Shown here in pieces: positions 1 through 9,734 of a stretch of DNA of 64,000 nt. Origin of the DNA: an uncultured Chloroflexia bacterium (lineage in GTDB: Bacteria; Chloroflexota; Anaerolineae; JAAYZQ01); NCBI GenBank assembly GCA_963700285.1, contig CAVOXA010000015.1, positions 228,715 to 292,714 on the forward strand, read 5' to 3'. The notes below the pieces were generated by a model. The model saw only the letters and a list, made by a program, of their open reading frames with translations, ran no database searches and was not told the DNA's origin. A program made the position numbers and the translations under genes. Position 1 is the first letter of the stretch; every line of letters begins with the position of its first letter.

Positions 1-40
1 CGCATTCTATTGGAAAACCGGATAGGATACAAGATAAGAC

Positions 41-85
41 AAAAAGCCCCGGTTCTGGCAATCCTGGATTGCCAGAACCGGGGCT
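41..85 (-). terminator. Intrinsic terminator downstream of etfA
   Basis: Perfect 20-bp inverted repeat AGCCCCGGTTCTGGCAATCC (45-64) / GGATTGCCAGAACCGGGGCT (66-85), followed by a T-run on the minus strand. Confidence 0.8.
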
Positions 86-105
86 CCACCTGCTGTTGTT
101 TGCCT

Positions 106-1089
106 TCATTCAGCCAGCAGTGTCTTCGAACTCTTTTTCCAGCAGTGGCACCACCTCGAACAGGTCGCCCACGATGCCATAGTCGGCCACCTTGAAGATC
201 GGCGCCTCGGGGTCCTTGTTCACAGCGACGATGACCTTGGCTGTTTTCATACCCGCCAGGTGCTGGATGGCGCCCGAGATGCCGCAGGCGATGTACAGGT
301 TGGGCGTAACCGTCTTGCCGGTCTGGCCCACCTGGTGGGCGTGCTCGATCCAGCCGGCGTCCACCGCCGCGCGCGAGGCGCCCACCGCCGCGCCCAGTGT
401 CTTGGCCAGGCTGCTGATGGGGGCAAAGCCCTCCGGCACCGGCCACACCCCGCCCGCCGGAGACGATGATGTCGGCCTCGGCTACGTCGATCTCGCCCTC
501 GCCGGCCCCGACAATGTCCACCACCTTGGCCCGCACGCCATCGGCGACTGCCGCTACCGGCTCCACCGTTGCTGTCGCACCCTCATCCGGCTCCAGGGCG
601 TGCAGTACGTTGGATCGTACCGTGGCCATCTGCGGATCGCCGTTCAGCTTTACCTTGGCCAGCGCCTTGCCGGCAAAGATGGGGCGCGTGGCTAGCAGCC
701 GCCCGCCGTCGATCTCAAGGGCGACACAGTCCGAGGCCAGCCCCACGCCCAGCCGGGCCGCCAGGCGGGGGGCCAGGTCTCGTGCCCATGGCCGTCGCCC
801 CGATGAGGATGATGGCCGGCTCGACCTTGCCGATAAAGGCCGCCAGGGTGTCGGCATAGCCCTCGCTGGAGTAGGTGGCCAGGGCCGGATCGTCGGCTAC
901 GTAGACCTTGGTCGCGCCGTACTGGGCCAGGATATCGGGCATGTCGCCCAGACCCGAGCCCAGCAGCGCCGCCTCGACGCTGCCCCCCAGGGCGGCAGCC
1001 AGTTCGGCACCCGCACCCAGCATCTCGAAGGCGACCTTTTTCAGGACACCGTCTCGCTGTTCAGCAATGACCAGAACATTGTTTCCCAT
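106..1089 (-). CDS. etfA: Electron transfer flavoprotein alpha subunit (frameshifted in this assembly)
   Basis: N-term [14 protein letters not shown]; C-term [51 protein letters not shown]; split over several frames; end approximate. Confidence 0.9.
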
Positions 1090-1099
1090 GATTCGCCTC

Positions 1100-1891
1100 C
1101 TAGATGACCTTTGCTTCTTCGCGCAGCAGCCGCACCACCTCTTTGGCCGCTTCGGCGGGCTCGCCTGGGATGATGCGACCAGGCGGCCGTTCCGGCGGCG
1201 GCAGGATCTCGACGACCTCCAGCTTGGCCCCAGCTGCGCCGACGTCTGCCAGCGTCCAGGCCCACGTCGGCCACGGTCCACTGGGTGAAGGGCTTGCTGC
1301 GCGCCTGGCGGATGCCGCGGAAGGAGGGGTAGCGCGGCTCGTTCAGCCCTTTCTGGGCGGTGATGACCGCCGGCAGAGGCAGTCTCCACGACCTCCTTGC
1401 CGCCCTCGATGTCCCGCTCGGCCCGGGCCGATTTGCCATCGGCATGATCTCTAGCTTGCTGACTACCGACACGTGGGGCAGGTCCAGCATCTCGGCCAGC
1501 ATGATGCCCACGGCGGCATTGTCCTCGTCGACGGCCTGCTTGCCGCAAAAGACGGCGTCATAGTCGCCCAGCGTGTTGATGGCCGCTGCCAGTGCTTTGG
1601 CCGTGGCGTAGGCATCGCCGCCCAGGAACGCCTCGTCGGACAGGTGATAGACCTCGTCGGCGCCCATGGCCAGGCCCTTGAGGATGCTCTCCCGCGCCCG
1701 CTCCGGCCCCAGGCTAGACCAGCGTCACCTTGCCGCCGTAGCTTTTCCTGCCAGGTGAGGGCCTCCTCCAGGGCAAACTCGTCGTAGGGATTGACCACGT
1801 ACTGGATGCCCTCCTCGACGACCTTGCCATCCCGCACCTCGATACGCGTCTCGGTGTCCGGCACTTCTTTCAGACAGACGATTGAGTTCAT
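1100..1891 (-). CDS. etfB: Electron transfer flavoprotein beta subunit (frameshifted)
   Basis: MNSIVCLKEVPDTE, VNPYDEFALEEAL, FCGKQAVDED, LPAVITAQKGLNEPRYPS in different frames. Confidence 0.9.
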
Positions 1892-1973
1892 GGTCCCTCC
1901 TCAAATCTGATTCTACCATAACCCCCACAATCCGTAAAAGCCGCCAATTGCCAAAATCTGCTCCGCCCTGCTT

Positions 1974-3953
1974 TCACAGCAACATCGCGTCCAACATGGC
2001 CAGCGTCTGCTTCTGGGTGAAATGCCCCAGGGTGATGGCTTTCGATGGGCAGGCCACCGAGCAAGCGCCGCAGCCCTTGCACAGTACCTCGTTGATGGTC
2101 ATGACCCCCCGCCAGGGATGTAGATTCAGCGCACTGTAGACGCAGGCCTCCTCACACAGGCCGCAGCCGACACACAGCTCATGGATGATGGCGCTGGTGA
2201 TGGCCTCAACCTTGGCTTTGCCCCGCGACAGGGGGATGAGGGCCGACGAAGCGGCCGCCTTGGCCTGGGACACCGTATCTGGGATATCCTTGGGACCCTG
2301 GCAGGTGCCCGCTAGAAAGATGCCGTCGCTGGTTGTGTCCACTGGCCGCAGCTTGGGGTGGGCCTCGGCCAGAAAGTCATCGCCCGTGCAGGACAGCTTG
2401 AGCATCTGGGCCACATCCTTCCCGGCAGCGCTGGGCTCCAGGCCGACGGCCAGAACAACCATATCGGCCTCTACCTCCACCGTCCGGCGCAAGAGCGTGT
2501 CCTCGGAGCGGATCACAAGCCTGTCGCCCCGCCGGTAGATCTCTGACGGGTTTCCCCGCCGGTAGCGCGCACCCCGCGCCCGGGCCCGGTCGTAGAACTC
2601 TTCTCCCCCCTTGCTAAAAGCGCGGACATCCATGTAAAAGGCGGTTACCCTCGTCTGAGGCAGTCGTTCCAGGATCACGTTGGCCTGCTTGGCAGTGTAC
2701 ATGCAGCACACCCGCGAGCAGTACTCGTTGCCCGATCCGTCGGCCGCGCCAGCCTTGTCCCGGGAGCCCACGCAGTGGATGAATACCACGTGCTCCGGCT
2801 CCTTGTCGGTGCCCGGCACCACAATGCGGCCGCCCGTTGGCCCATTGGCCGCCGCCAGCCGCTCGAACTCCAGCGCAGAGATGACGCCAGGATAGCGCCC
2901 ATAACCAAACTCTGGCTTGCGCCGGGGGTCGAAGGGATCGTAACCGGTAGCAATAATGATGCTGCCTACCTTGAAAGTGAGGTCCTGCTCCCTCTGGTCA
3001 AAATCCAGCGCATCCTCGGGGCAGGCCAGGGCGCAAGGTGGCCCCCCCCGGCACTCACCATCTGTGAACAACAGGCAGTGGTCTGGATCAACCGTGTATG
3101 TGGCTGGCAGCGCCTGGGGGAAGGGCAGGTAGATGGCCGGCCGCTGGCCCAATCCCATCTGGAACTCGTCAGGGATCTGACCCGCCAGGACGCAGGCTCG
3201 GGCGCACTCGCCACAAGACGTGCACTTGACGGGGTCCACGTATCGCGCCTTCCGGCGCACGGTCACCTCAAAATTGCCGATATAGCCCTCGACCCCCACC
3301 ACCTCGCTGTAGGCCAGGACCTCCACGTCGGGATGCTCCATGGCCCGAGCCATCTCCGAGACAACCAACGCCCCGGCGTCCTCCATCCGGGGGAAGGTCG
3401 CGTTGAGCTGGGCCATCCTCCCGCCCAGGCTGGGCTGCCGCTCCACCAGGTAGACCCTATAGCCTGCGTCGGCGATATCCAGCGCGGCCTCCAGCCCGGC
3501 GATGCCGCCGCCAATGACCAGCGCGGCCGGGGTAACCTCCACCTGCCGCTCCTGCAGGGGCTCCAGCAGGGCTGCCTTGGCCACCGTTCCCGCAACCAGC
3601 TCTTTGGCCTTCTCGGTACCGATCTCGCGCTCAGTGTGGACCCACGAACACTGCTCGCGGATGTTGGCCATCTCAAAATAGTAGGGATTGACGCCGACCT
3701 CTTCGACGGCGGTCCGGAAGGTGGCTTCGTGCATGCGGGGCGAGCAGGAGGCCACGACCACCCGGTTCAGGTCATGGTCGCGGATGTCCTGCTTGATCAT
3801 CTCCTGGCCAGGATCGGAGCACATGTACATATAGTCGCGGGCCACGACCACGTGGGGCAGCGCGGCCGCGTATTCGGCCACGGCCTCCGGGTCCACGGTC
3901 GCCGCGATGTTGATCCCGCAGTGACAGATATAGACGCCGATCCTAGACGCCAT
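1974..3953 (-). CDS. hdrA: Heterodisulfide reductase subunit A-like flavoprotein (659 aa)
   Basis: RIGVYICHCGINIA, VVASCSPRMHE, NIREQCSWVH, GGGIAG, CVGSRD..YCSRVCCMY, C-terminal 2x[4Fe-4S] motifs. Confidence 0.93.
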   Translation of the reverse strand: MASRIGVYICHCGINIAATVDPEAVAEYAAALPHVVVARDYMYMCSDPGQEMIKQDIRDHDLNRVVVASCSPRMHEATFRTAVEEVGVNPYYFEMANIREQCSWVHTEREIGTEKAKELVAGTVAKAALLEPLQERQVEVTPAALVIGGGIAGLEAALDIADAGYRVYLVERQPSLGGRMAQLNATFPRMEDAGALVVSEMARAMEHPDVEVLAYSEVVGVEGYIGNFEVTVRRKARYVDPVKCTSCGECARACVLAGQIPDEFQMGLGQRPAIYLPFPQALPATYTVDPDHCLLFTDGECRGGPPCALACPEDALDFDQREQDLTFKVGSIIIATGYDPFDPRRKPEFGYGRYPGVISALEFERLAAANGPTGGRIVVPGTDKEPEHVVFIHCVGSRDKAGAADGSGNEYCSRVCCMYTAKQANVILERLPQTRVTAFYMDVRAFSKGGEEFYDRARARGARYRRGNPSEIYRRGDRLVIRSEDTLLRRTVEVEADMVVLAVGLEPSAAGKDVAQMLKLSCTGDDFLAEAHPKLRPVDTTSDGIFLAGTCQGPKDIPDTVSQAKAAASSALIPLSRGKAKVEAITSAIIHELCVGCGLCEEACVYSALNLHPWRGVMTINEVLCKGCGACSVACPSKAITLGHFTQKQTLAMLDAMLL

Positions 3954-3965
3954 CTTTGCTCCTCA

Positions 3966-5102
3966 TTAGATCGCCTCCGCCACCAACTCCATAATGTCCA
4001 TGACCCGGATCCTATCCTCCAACTCCAGGATCTTGACCGCGTCCTCCAGCGTCAGCAGGCAGAAGGGACAGGAAACGGCCAACACCTCCGCGCCCATGCC
4101 AACCGCGTCGCGTACCCGCTGGTGAGCCAGCCTCTCCTCGATGTTGGTGCCCTCGGCCCACATCCGGCCGCCGCCGCCTTCACAACATACGCTCCGCTCC
4201 CGGGAACGGTCCAAATCCTCAAATTCGATGCCGGGAATCGACTTCAAGATGTAGCGCGGCTCGTCATAGATGCCGTTGTGCTTGCCCAGGAAGCAGGGAT
4301 CATGGTAGGTTACCTTTTTGCGGACCTCATGGCCGTAGGTCAGTTTGCCCTGATCCAGCAGCTCGATCAGAAGCTGGCTGTAGTGCTGCACAGGGAAGGG
4401 CATCTCGCCATACTCGTTCTTGAAGGTGTTGTAACAGTGGGGCGAAGCGGTCACCATTCGCCTGGCTTGAAATTCCTGGACCATCTCGTGGAACTCTTCG
4501 ACCATCGACTCAAAGCCTTCAGCTTCGCCAATACGTTTGATCTCGTTGCCGCAGCACATCTCATCCATGCCCATGGTGCCAAAGTCAAGGCCCGCCCGCT
4601 GAAACACCGTCGCCAGGGCGCGGGTTACGGGCTGGATACGGGGGTCGTAGGCCGGTGTGCAGCCCACGTAGAAAAGGAGATCGGTCTCGCCCTCACCCAG
4701 GACATTCTTGACCTCAAAGCCCAGTTCCTCAGCCCACTGCTCACGACCTTCGGTGGGAAAACCCAGGGTGTTGCCCCGAGTAAAAGCGCTCATCAGCGCA
4801 TCCCGGACGCGGGGGGGCACGCCCTTTCCCTCCTCGACGATATAGCCCCGCAAGCCAATAATGACATCGGCGGGATGGATGTCTTTGGGGCAGCGGGTCG
4901 TGCAGGTCAGACAGTTGGTGCAGTCCCACAGGACGTCAAGGCCACCGGTTTCGATGCTGTCCTCGATCAGCGCCTCGTAGATGATGCCCCGGATGTTGAG
5001 GCCCGTCTTCATCGAGACCGGACAGGCCCCGGTGCACCTCCCGCACTGGATGCATTCCAGCAGGGTGTATTCGCGTACAAAATCGTGGGTATCAATGCGC
5101 AT
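3966..5102 (-). CDS. HdrD/GlcF-like Fe-S protein with two CCG domains
   Basis: CIQCGRCTGACP and CTNCLTCTTRCP ferredoxin motifs; MCCG, YHDPCFLG, VCCEGGGG, CPFC. Confidence 0.88.
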   Translation of the reverse strand: MRIDTHDFVREYTLLECIQCGRCTGACPVSMKTGLNIRGIIYEALIEDSIETGGLDVLWDCTNCLTCTTRCPKDIHPADVIIGLRGYIVEEGKGVPPRVRDALMSAFTRGNTLGFPTEGREQWAEELGFEVKNVLGEGETDLLFYVGCTPAYDPRIQPVTRALATVFQRAGLDFGTMGMDEMCCGNEIKRIGEAEGFESMVEEFHEMVQEFQARRMVTASPHCYNTFKNEYGEMPFPVQHYSQLLIELLDQGKLTYGHEVRKKVTYHDPCFLGKHNGIYDEPRYILKSIPGIEFEDLDRSRERSVCCEGGGGRMWAEGTNIEERLAHQRVRDAVGMGAEVLAVSCPFCLLTLEDAVKILELEDRIRVMDIMELVAEAI

Positions 5103-5133
5103 GCTACCCCCTCACCAACCATCGTATTGCCAC

Positions 5134-5394
5134 TTACCGATAGACTTCCCGTCGGTGCCTCACACGTGTAACTCAGACGAGGTTATTGCCGTCATCGATT
5201 TCGTACACGATGCGATACCGTCCAACTCGAATACGATACAGGCGCTGGTGCCCTGAAAGCTTCCGAACACCCGGCGGGCGTGGTTCCTGTGCCGGGCGGT
5301 CTATCACGGCAGCAACCCGCTGCTTCACTTCGATGGGCAAAGATCGGAATTCCCTGCCTGCCGAGGACGCAAATTCGACATCATACACCGCCAC
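5134..5394 (-). pseudogene. RelE/ParE family toxin with an in-frame TGA 13 codons before the natural end
   Basis: PRPPGVRKLSG..YRIRVGRYRIVYEID; after TGA (5173-5175) the same frame continues VTRVRHRREVYR-TAA, the typical RelE C-terminus. Confidence 0.8.
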
Positions 5395-5647
5395 TGGCAG
5401 CTTCCTCGTCGGCCAACTCCGCCCTCAGCGTCTCCCAGGGGATGGTTGGCTCATCTTTTCGAGACTCAGACACCAGCATGCCATGGAAATCTTCCCAAAG
5501 CTCCCCCCACTCCTTGAGACTGAGGACCACGGCGGTGCGTTCTCCAGATTCGTCGACGAGGTACTGGACTCCCTTCAGGATTGCCCCCTGGTCACTGATC
5601 CGATAGGCGGCTCTTGCCTCCTTCATGGAGTCTTCTTCGTGCTCCAT
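5381..5647 (-). CDS. Putative antitoxin upstream of and overlapping the RelE-like toxin
   Basis: 88-aa acidic protein with QYLVDESGERTAVVL and IPWETLRAEL; 14-nt overlap with the toxin start. Confidence 0.7.
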   Translation of the reverse strand: MEHEEDSMKEARAAYRISDQGAILKGVQYLVDESGERTAVVLSLKEWGELWEDFHGMLVSESRKDEPTIPWETLRAELADEEAASGGV

Positions 5648-5743
5648 TGTCTCCCAACCTTTCTATCTAGCTGTTCCGCTGATGTCCTCGATCCACGCCA
5701 AGACCAAAGGTAGCCAGCAGAGCAGGCTCGGGTCAATCCGGTG

Positions 5744-6898
5744 CTACTGGGCCAGACGGTTGTACTCTGTCAGCACTTGCCGCAGGCGATCATGCGGCAG
5801 GGCATAGACCGTCGTGCCGTCGATGCCGATCATGGTCTCGGCAGCTATGAGAGCATTGACGATGGCTTCCTCCACAGCAAATACCGTTGCTTCAAAGAGC
5901 GGCGTCATCTGGCCGTTGGGCAGGCTCTCAACCTTCGAGATGCCTTCGCGCTGCGCTGCGCCGGGGTTGGCGGTAGAGAAGGCGATGAAAATGTCCCCAG
6001 AGCCGTTGGCGCCCATGCCGCCCACGCGCGCGATGCCCAGCGGCACGCGCCTGGCCAAACGTTTGAGTTGGTGCGGCAAGAGTGGCGCGTCCGTGGCAAC
6101 CACCACGATGATGGAACTGCCCCCCATTTCGGCTGGTTGGGTTGGGCTCGGACCAGCATCCTTGTTGCCCGAAACCGGCTGAAGATCGGGTATCTCACGC
6201 CCAACGGGAACACCAGCCACGGCAAGATTGCGCCTGTCGCCATGGTTGGCCTGAACCAAAACCCCGACCGTATACCCGCCACGCCCGGTCTCAAGCTGTC
6301 GAGACGCTGTACCGATGCCGCCCTTGAAATCGTGGCAGACCATGCCGGTCCCGCCGCCAACGTTGCCCTCAGCCACGGGGCCGGTTGAGGCCTGCTCCAG
6401 GGCGGCAAAGACGTGCTCCTGTTTCACATGGAAGCCGTTGATATCGTTCAATCCGCCGTCGTAGGTTTCAGCGACCACCGGCAGGCTCCAGGAAATGCCG
6501 GAAAAAGTCGGATCGGTAAGGCGCTTTTCAACGGTCCAGGCGACAACTGCATCCCGCACAATGCCCACACTGTGCGTGTTGGTGACCATCACCGGGCCTT
6601 CCAGAAACCCCGACTCCTCGACCCAGGTCGTGCCGGTCATTTCCCCATTGCCATTTAGGGAATACCAGCCGGCAAAGACCGGATCGTGCATCTTGCCCCG
6701 CGGCAGGATCGCCGTGACCCCTGTCCTGACCGGGCCCTTGCCTACCTGCAGTTTCCCCTCACCGGATATCAGGGTTGTATGCCCCACCTCGACACCCTGC
6801 ACGTCGATGATGGCGTTCAGAGATCCAGGCACCCCCTCAAAGGGGATGCCCAGGTCACGTGCTCTAGGCATGGCTCTCCTCCCCGCGCTTTCTCCCAT
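5744..6898 (-). CDS. P1/S58 family peptidase (DmpA-like D-aminopeptidase/beta-peptidase)
   Basis: RARDLGI, NGNGEMTG, EGNVGGGTGM, KGGIGTAS, GSSIIVVVATDAPL, NGSGDIFIAFST; start may be the downstream ATG at 6871. Confidence 0.9.
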   Translation of the reverse strand: MGESAGRRAMPRARDLGIPFEGVPGSLNAIIDVQGVEVGHTTLISGEGKLQVGKGPVRTGVTAILPRGKMHDPVFAGWYSLNGNGEMTGTTWVEESGFLEGPVMVTNTHSVGIVRDAVVAWTVEKRLTDPTFSGISWSLPVVAETYDGGLNDINGFHVKQEHVFAALEQASTGPVAEGNVGGGTGMVCHDFKGGIGTASRQLETGRGGYTVGVLVQANHGDRRNLAVAGVPVGREIPDLQPVSGNKDAGPSPTQPAEMGGSSIIVVVATDAPLLPHQLKRLARRVPLGIARVGGMGANGSGDIFIAFSTANPGAAQREGISKVESLPNGQMTPLFEATVFAVEEAIVNALIAAETMIGIDGTTVYALPHDRLRQVLTEYNRLAQ

Positions 6899-6913
6899 AT
6901 GATGTGCTGTCCT

Positions 6914-9697
6914 TCACTCTTGGCCAACAAGGCTCTGCACGGTATTGGCAGCCCACTCTCGCTTGAGCTGCGACAAGGCGACGATGGTTCGTCCTGCTGC
7001 CGCTTTGGCCTGAGCGACGGTGTCAGGGATGTCCTTGGGTGCCTGGCAGTTCCCGGCCAAAAAGATGCCCGGCCGCTGTGTGTCCACAGGGCGCAGCTCG
7101 GGGTGGAGTTCGGCAAAGAAACCGTCCTCTGAGAATTCAAGCTCCAGTATATCCGCCACCTGTCCCGCATCGGCCCGGGGCTGGACACCCGTGGCCAGAA
7201 CCACCAGGTCGGCGGGCACTTCTACGGTCTTGCCCAGCAGCGTATCCTCAGCGCGGACGATCAGCTTGTCGCCACGCTTATAGATCTCGGCGGGATTGCC
7301 CCGGCGGTAGATGATGCCTTCGGCCCGCACACGATCGTAGAACTCTTCAAAGCCCTTGCCAAAAGCCCGCACGTCCATATAGAATACCGTGATCTTGGAT
7401 CCAGGCGCCTTATCGTGGGCCAGGTGGGCCTGTTTGGCCGTGTACATGCAACAGATGCGCGAGCAGTACTCCTCGCCCGATCCGTCTGCCGCGCCGGCCT
7501 TGTCCCGGGAGCCGACGCAGTGGACGAACACAATCTCCTCAGGCTCCCTGCCGTTGACCTTGATCTTGCCCGCTGTTGGTCCTGACGCGGACGCCAGCCG
7601 CTCGAATTCCAACCCCGAGAGCACGTTGGGATAGCGCCCATAGCCGAATTCAGGCTTGCGCGTGGCGTCAAAAGGGTCAAATCCGGTAGCGACGACAACG
7701 GCGCCTACGTCCAGTTCGACGACCTCGTCTCGCATATTGTGGTCAATGGCCTGAGGCTGGCAGGCTATCTCGCATTGGCGGCATTCCGAACAGACGCCGC
7801 AGTCCAGGCAGCGCAGCGCCTCGGCCACGGCTTGTTCCTCGGTGAATCCCAACTCTACCTCGGCGAAATCGCTCCCCCGTTCTTTCAGGGGGAGCTGGGG
7901 CATGGCCACCCGCCCCTGCTTGTGCGCCCGGCGCAGATCCAGTGCCTCAAAAGGAACAACGGGCAAGCCATCTTGTGGTACGGCGAGGTCTTGCCCCAGA
8001 AAGTAGCGGTGGATGCTCTTGGCCGCGCGCTTGCCCGTGGCGATGGCCTCAATGGCGGTGGCTGGCCCGCTGACAGTATCGCCGCCCGCAAAGACGCCCG
8101 TAGCTCCTGTGGCCAGCGTGGCCGGATCGACGACCAGGGTTCCCCAACGGGAGACCTGTAGCTCCCCTGAATTCACAAAGCCCAGATCAGGTGTCTGGCC
8201 GATGGCCGGGATAACCATGTCCACATCCAATAGGAACTCGGAGCCCTCGATGGGAATGGGTCGGCGACGGCCGCTGGCATCAGGCTTGCCCAGTTCCATG
8301 CGCTGGCACTGTATGCCTGCGACGTGTGACGATGCGCCTGGCCCATCCTGGCCCAGAATGCGGATGGGGTTGGCCAAAAAGTGGAATCGGACGCCCTCTT
8401 TTTCCGCATCCTCCACTTCCCAAGCGCTGGCAGGCATCTCAGCTCGGGAGCGGCGGTAGACGACGGTCACCGATTCAGCTCCCAGGCGTAAAGACGAGCG
8501 AGCCGCATCGATGGCCACGTTCCCCCCGCCGACCACGGCTACGCGATGGCCAATGGTGACGGGGCGCCCCAGGTTCAGATCGCGCAAGAATGCCGCGCCC
8601 GGAACTACGCCGTCCAAATCCTCGCCCGCGATGCGTAGCTGGCGTTCCTGGTGGGCGCCGACCGTGACAAATACCGCATCGTACGTACGGCGCAGGTCAT
8701 CCAGCGTGGGGCCGCCTGGTCCACCAACGGGTGTATTCAGCCTGATCTCGACCCCTAGTTCCTCGATGCGGGCAATCTCCTTTTCCAGAACCGCTCGAGG
8801 GAGGCGGTAATCGGGAATCCCCACGGCCAGCATGCCGCCAGCCACCGGCAGCGCCTCAAAGACGGTCACACTGTAACCTTCGAGGGCCAGGTCCTGCGCT
8901 GCCGTCAGCCCGGCTGGCCCGGCGCCAATGATGGCCACGGTCTGGTCTCTGTGCACACCAGGAGCGGGCAGCGGAGAGGATTCCTCCTCAAGGTCGGCGA
9001 CAAAGCGCTTCAGCGCACAGATGGCAATGGGCTGGTCATACTCACCCCGGCTGCAGGCTGTCTCGCAGGGGTGATGGCATACCCGACCAATGACGCCGGG
9101 AAAGGGGATGGTTCGCCGGATGAGAGCCAGTGATTCGGCAAACTTGCCCTGGCCGACGAGGGCCACATAGCCCTGGACATCGATGTGGGCCGGGCAGGCC
9201 TCCTTGCAAGGCGGCCAGCCGCGCTTGTCGATAGTATATTTGTTGGGTACGGCCTGGGGAAAGGGGACATAGATGGCGTGACGATCCGCCATCTCCATAT
9301 CAAACTCATTGGGCACGGTCACGGGGCAGACCTTGGCACAATCACCGCAGCCGGTACACTTGGCCATGTCCACATAGCGGGCTTTTTTCAGAACCCGCGC
9401 CCGGAACGCTCCCACCTTGCCTTCCACACCCAGCAGCTCGCTGTAGGTCATCAGCTCGATGTTGGCGTGGTTGGCCACGTCCACCATCTTGGGGGTCAGG
9501 ATACAGGCTGAGCAATCAAGGGTGGGGAACGTTTTATCCAGTTGGGCCATGTGGCCGCCCACGCTGGGGTCTCGCTCCACCAGGTAGACACGGAACCCGG
9601 CGTCGCCGATATCCAGCGCCGCCTGGATGCCCGCGATCCCCGCGCCGATGACCAGGGCTGCGGGTTTCTTTTCTAATTCGCTCATACGCTGCTCCAT
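6914..9697 (-). CDS. HdrA-like protein with an inserted GltD/NfnB-like NAD(P)H:flavin module (HdrL-type)
   Basis: LDKTFPTLDCSACILTPK, then PCKEACPAHIDVQGY, GRVCHHPCE, GAGPAG, GGGNVAIDAAR, EALRCLDCG, then the HdrA CVGSRD/YCSRICCMY block. Confidence 0.9.
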   Translation of the reverse strand: MEQRMSELEKKPAALVIGAGIAGIQAALDIGDAGFRVYLVERDPSVGGHMAQLDKTFPTLDCSACILTPKMVDVANHANIELMTYSELLGVEGKVGAFRARVLKKARYVDMAKCTGCGDCAKVCPVTVPNEFDMEMADRHAIYVPFPQAVPNKYTIDKRGWPPCKEACPAHIDVQGYVALVGQGKFAESLALIRRTIPFPGVIGRVCHHPCETACSRGEYDQPIAICALKRFVADLEEESSPLPAPGVHRDQTVAIIGAGPAGLTAAQDLALEGYSVTVFEALPVAGGMLAVGIPDYRLPRAVLEKEIARIEELGVEIRLNTPVGGPGGPTLDDLRRTYDAVFVTVGAHQERQLRIAGEDLDGVVPGAAFLRDLNLGRPVTIGHRVAVVGGGNVAIDAARSSLRLGAESVTVVYRRSRAEMPASAWEVEDAEKEGVRFHFLANPIRILGQDGPGASSHVAGIQCQRMELGKPDASGRRRPIPIEGSEFLLDVDMVIPAIGQTPDLGFVNSGELQVSRWGTLVVDPATLATGATGVFAGGDTVSGPATAIEAIATGKRAAKSIHRYFLGQDLAVPQDGLPVVPFEALDLRRAHKQGRVAMPQLPLKERGSDFAEVELGFTEEQAVAEALRCLDCGVCSECRQCEIACQPQAIDHNMRDEVVELDVGAVVVATGFDPFDATRKPEFGYGRYPNVLSGLEFERLASASGPTAGKIKVNGREPEEIVFVHCVGSRDKAGAADGSGEEYCSRICCMYTAKQAHLAHDKAPGSKITVFYMDVRAFGKGFEEFYDRVRAEGIIYRRGNPAEIYKRGDKLIVRAEDTLLGKTVEVPADLVVLATGVQPRADAGQVADILELEFSEDGFFAELHPELRPVDTQRPGIFLAGNCQAPKDIPDTVAQAKAAAGRTIVALSQLKREWAANTVQSLVGQE

Positions 9698-9734
9698 GGT
9701 GCGCAGGGCGTCAAACGCAAGATGCAGCCGGATC

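Noticed and set aside
2775-5171. 798-aa plus-strand ORF (also 13003-15072, 12004-13002, 9939-10898)
   Set aside because: Antisense shadows of well-supported GC-rich minus-strand hdr genes; no recognisable motifs.
5173-5175. In-frame TGA in the RelE-like toxin as selenocysteine
   Set aside because: Not a Cys-equivalent redox position and RelE is not a selenoprotein family; nonsense mutation or base error is simpler.
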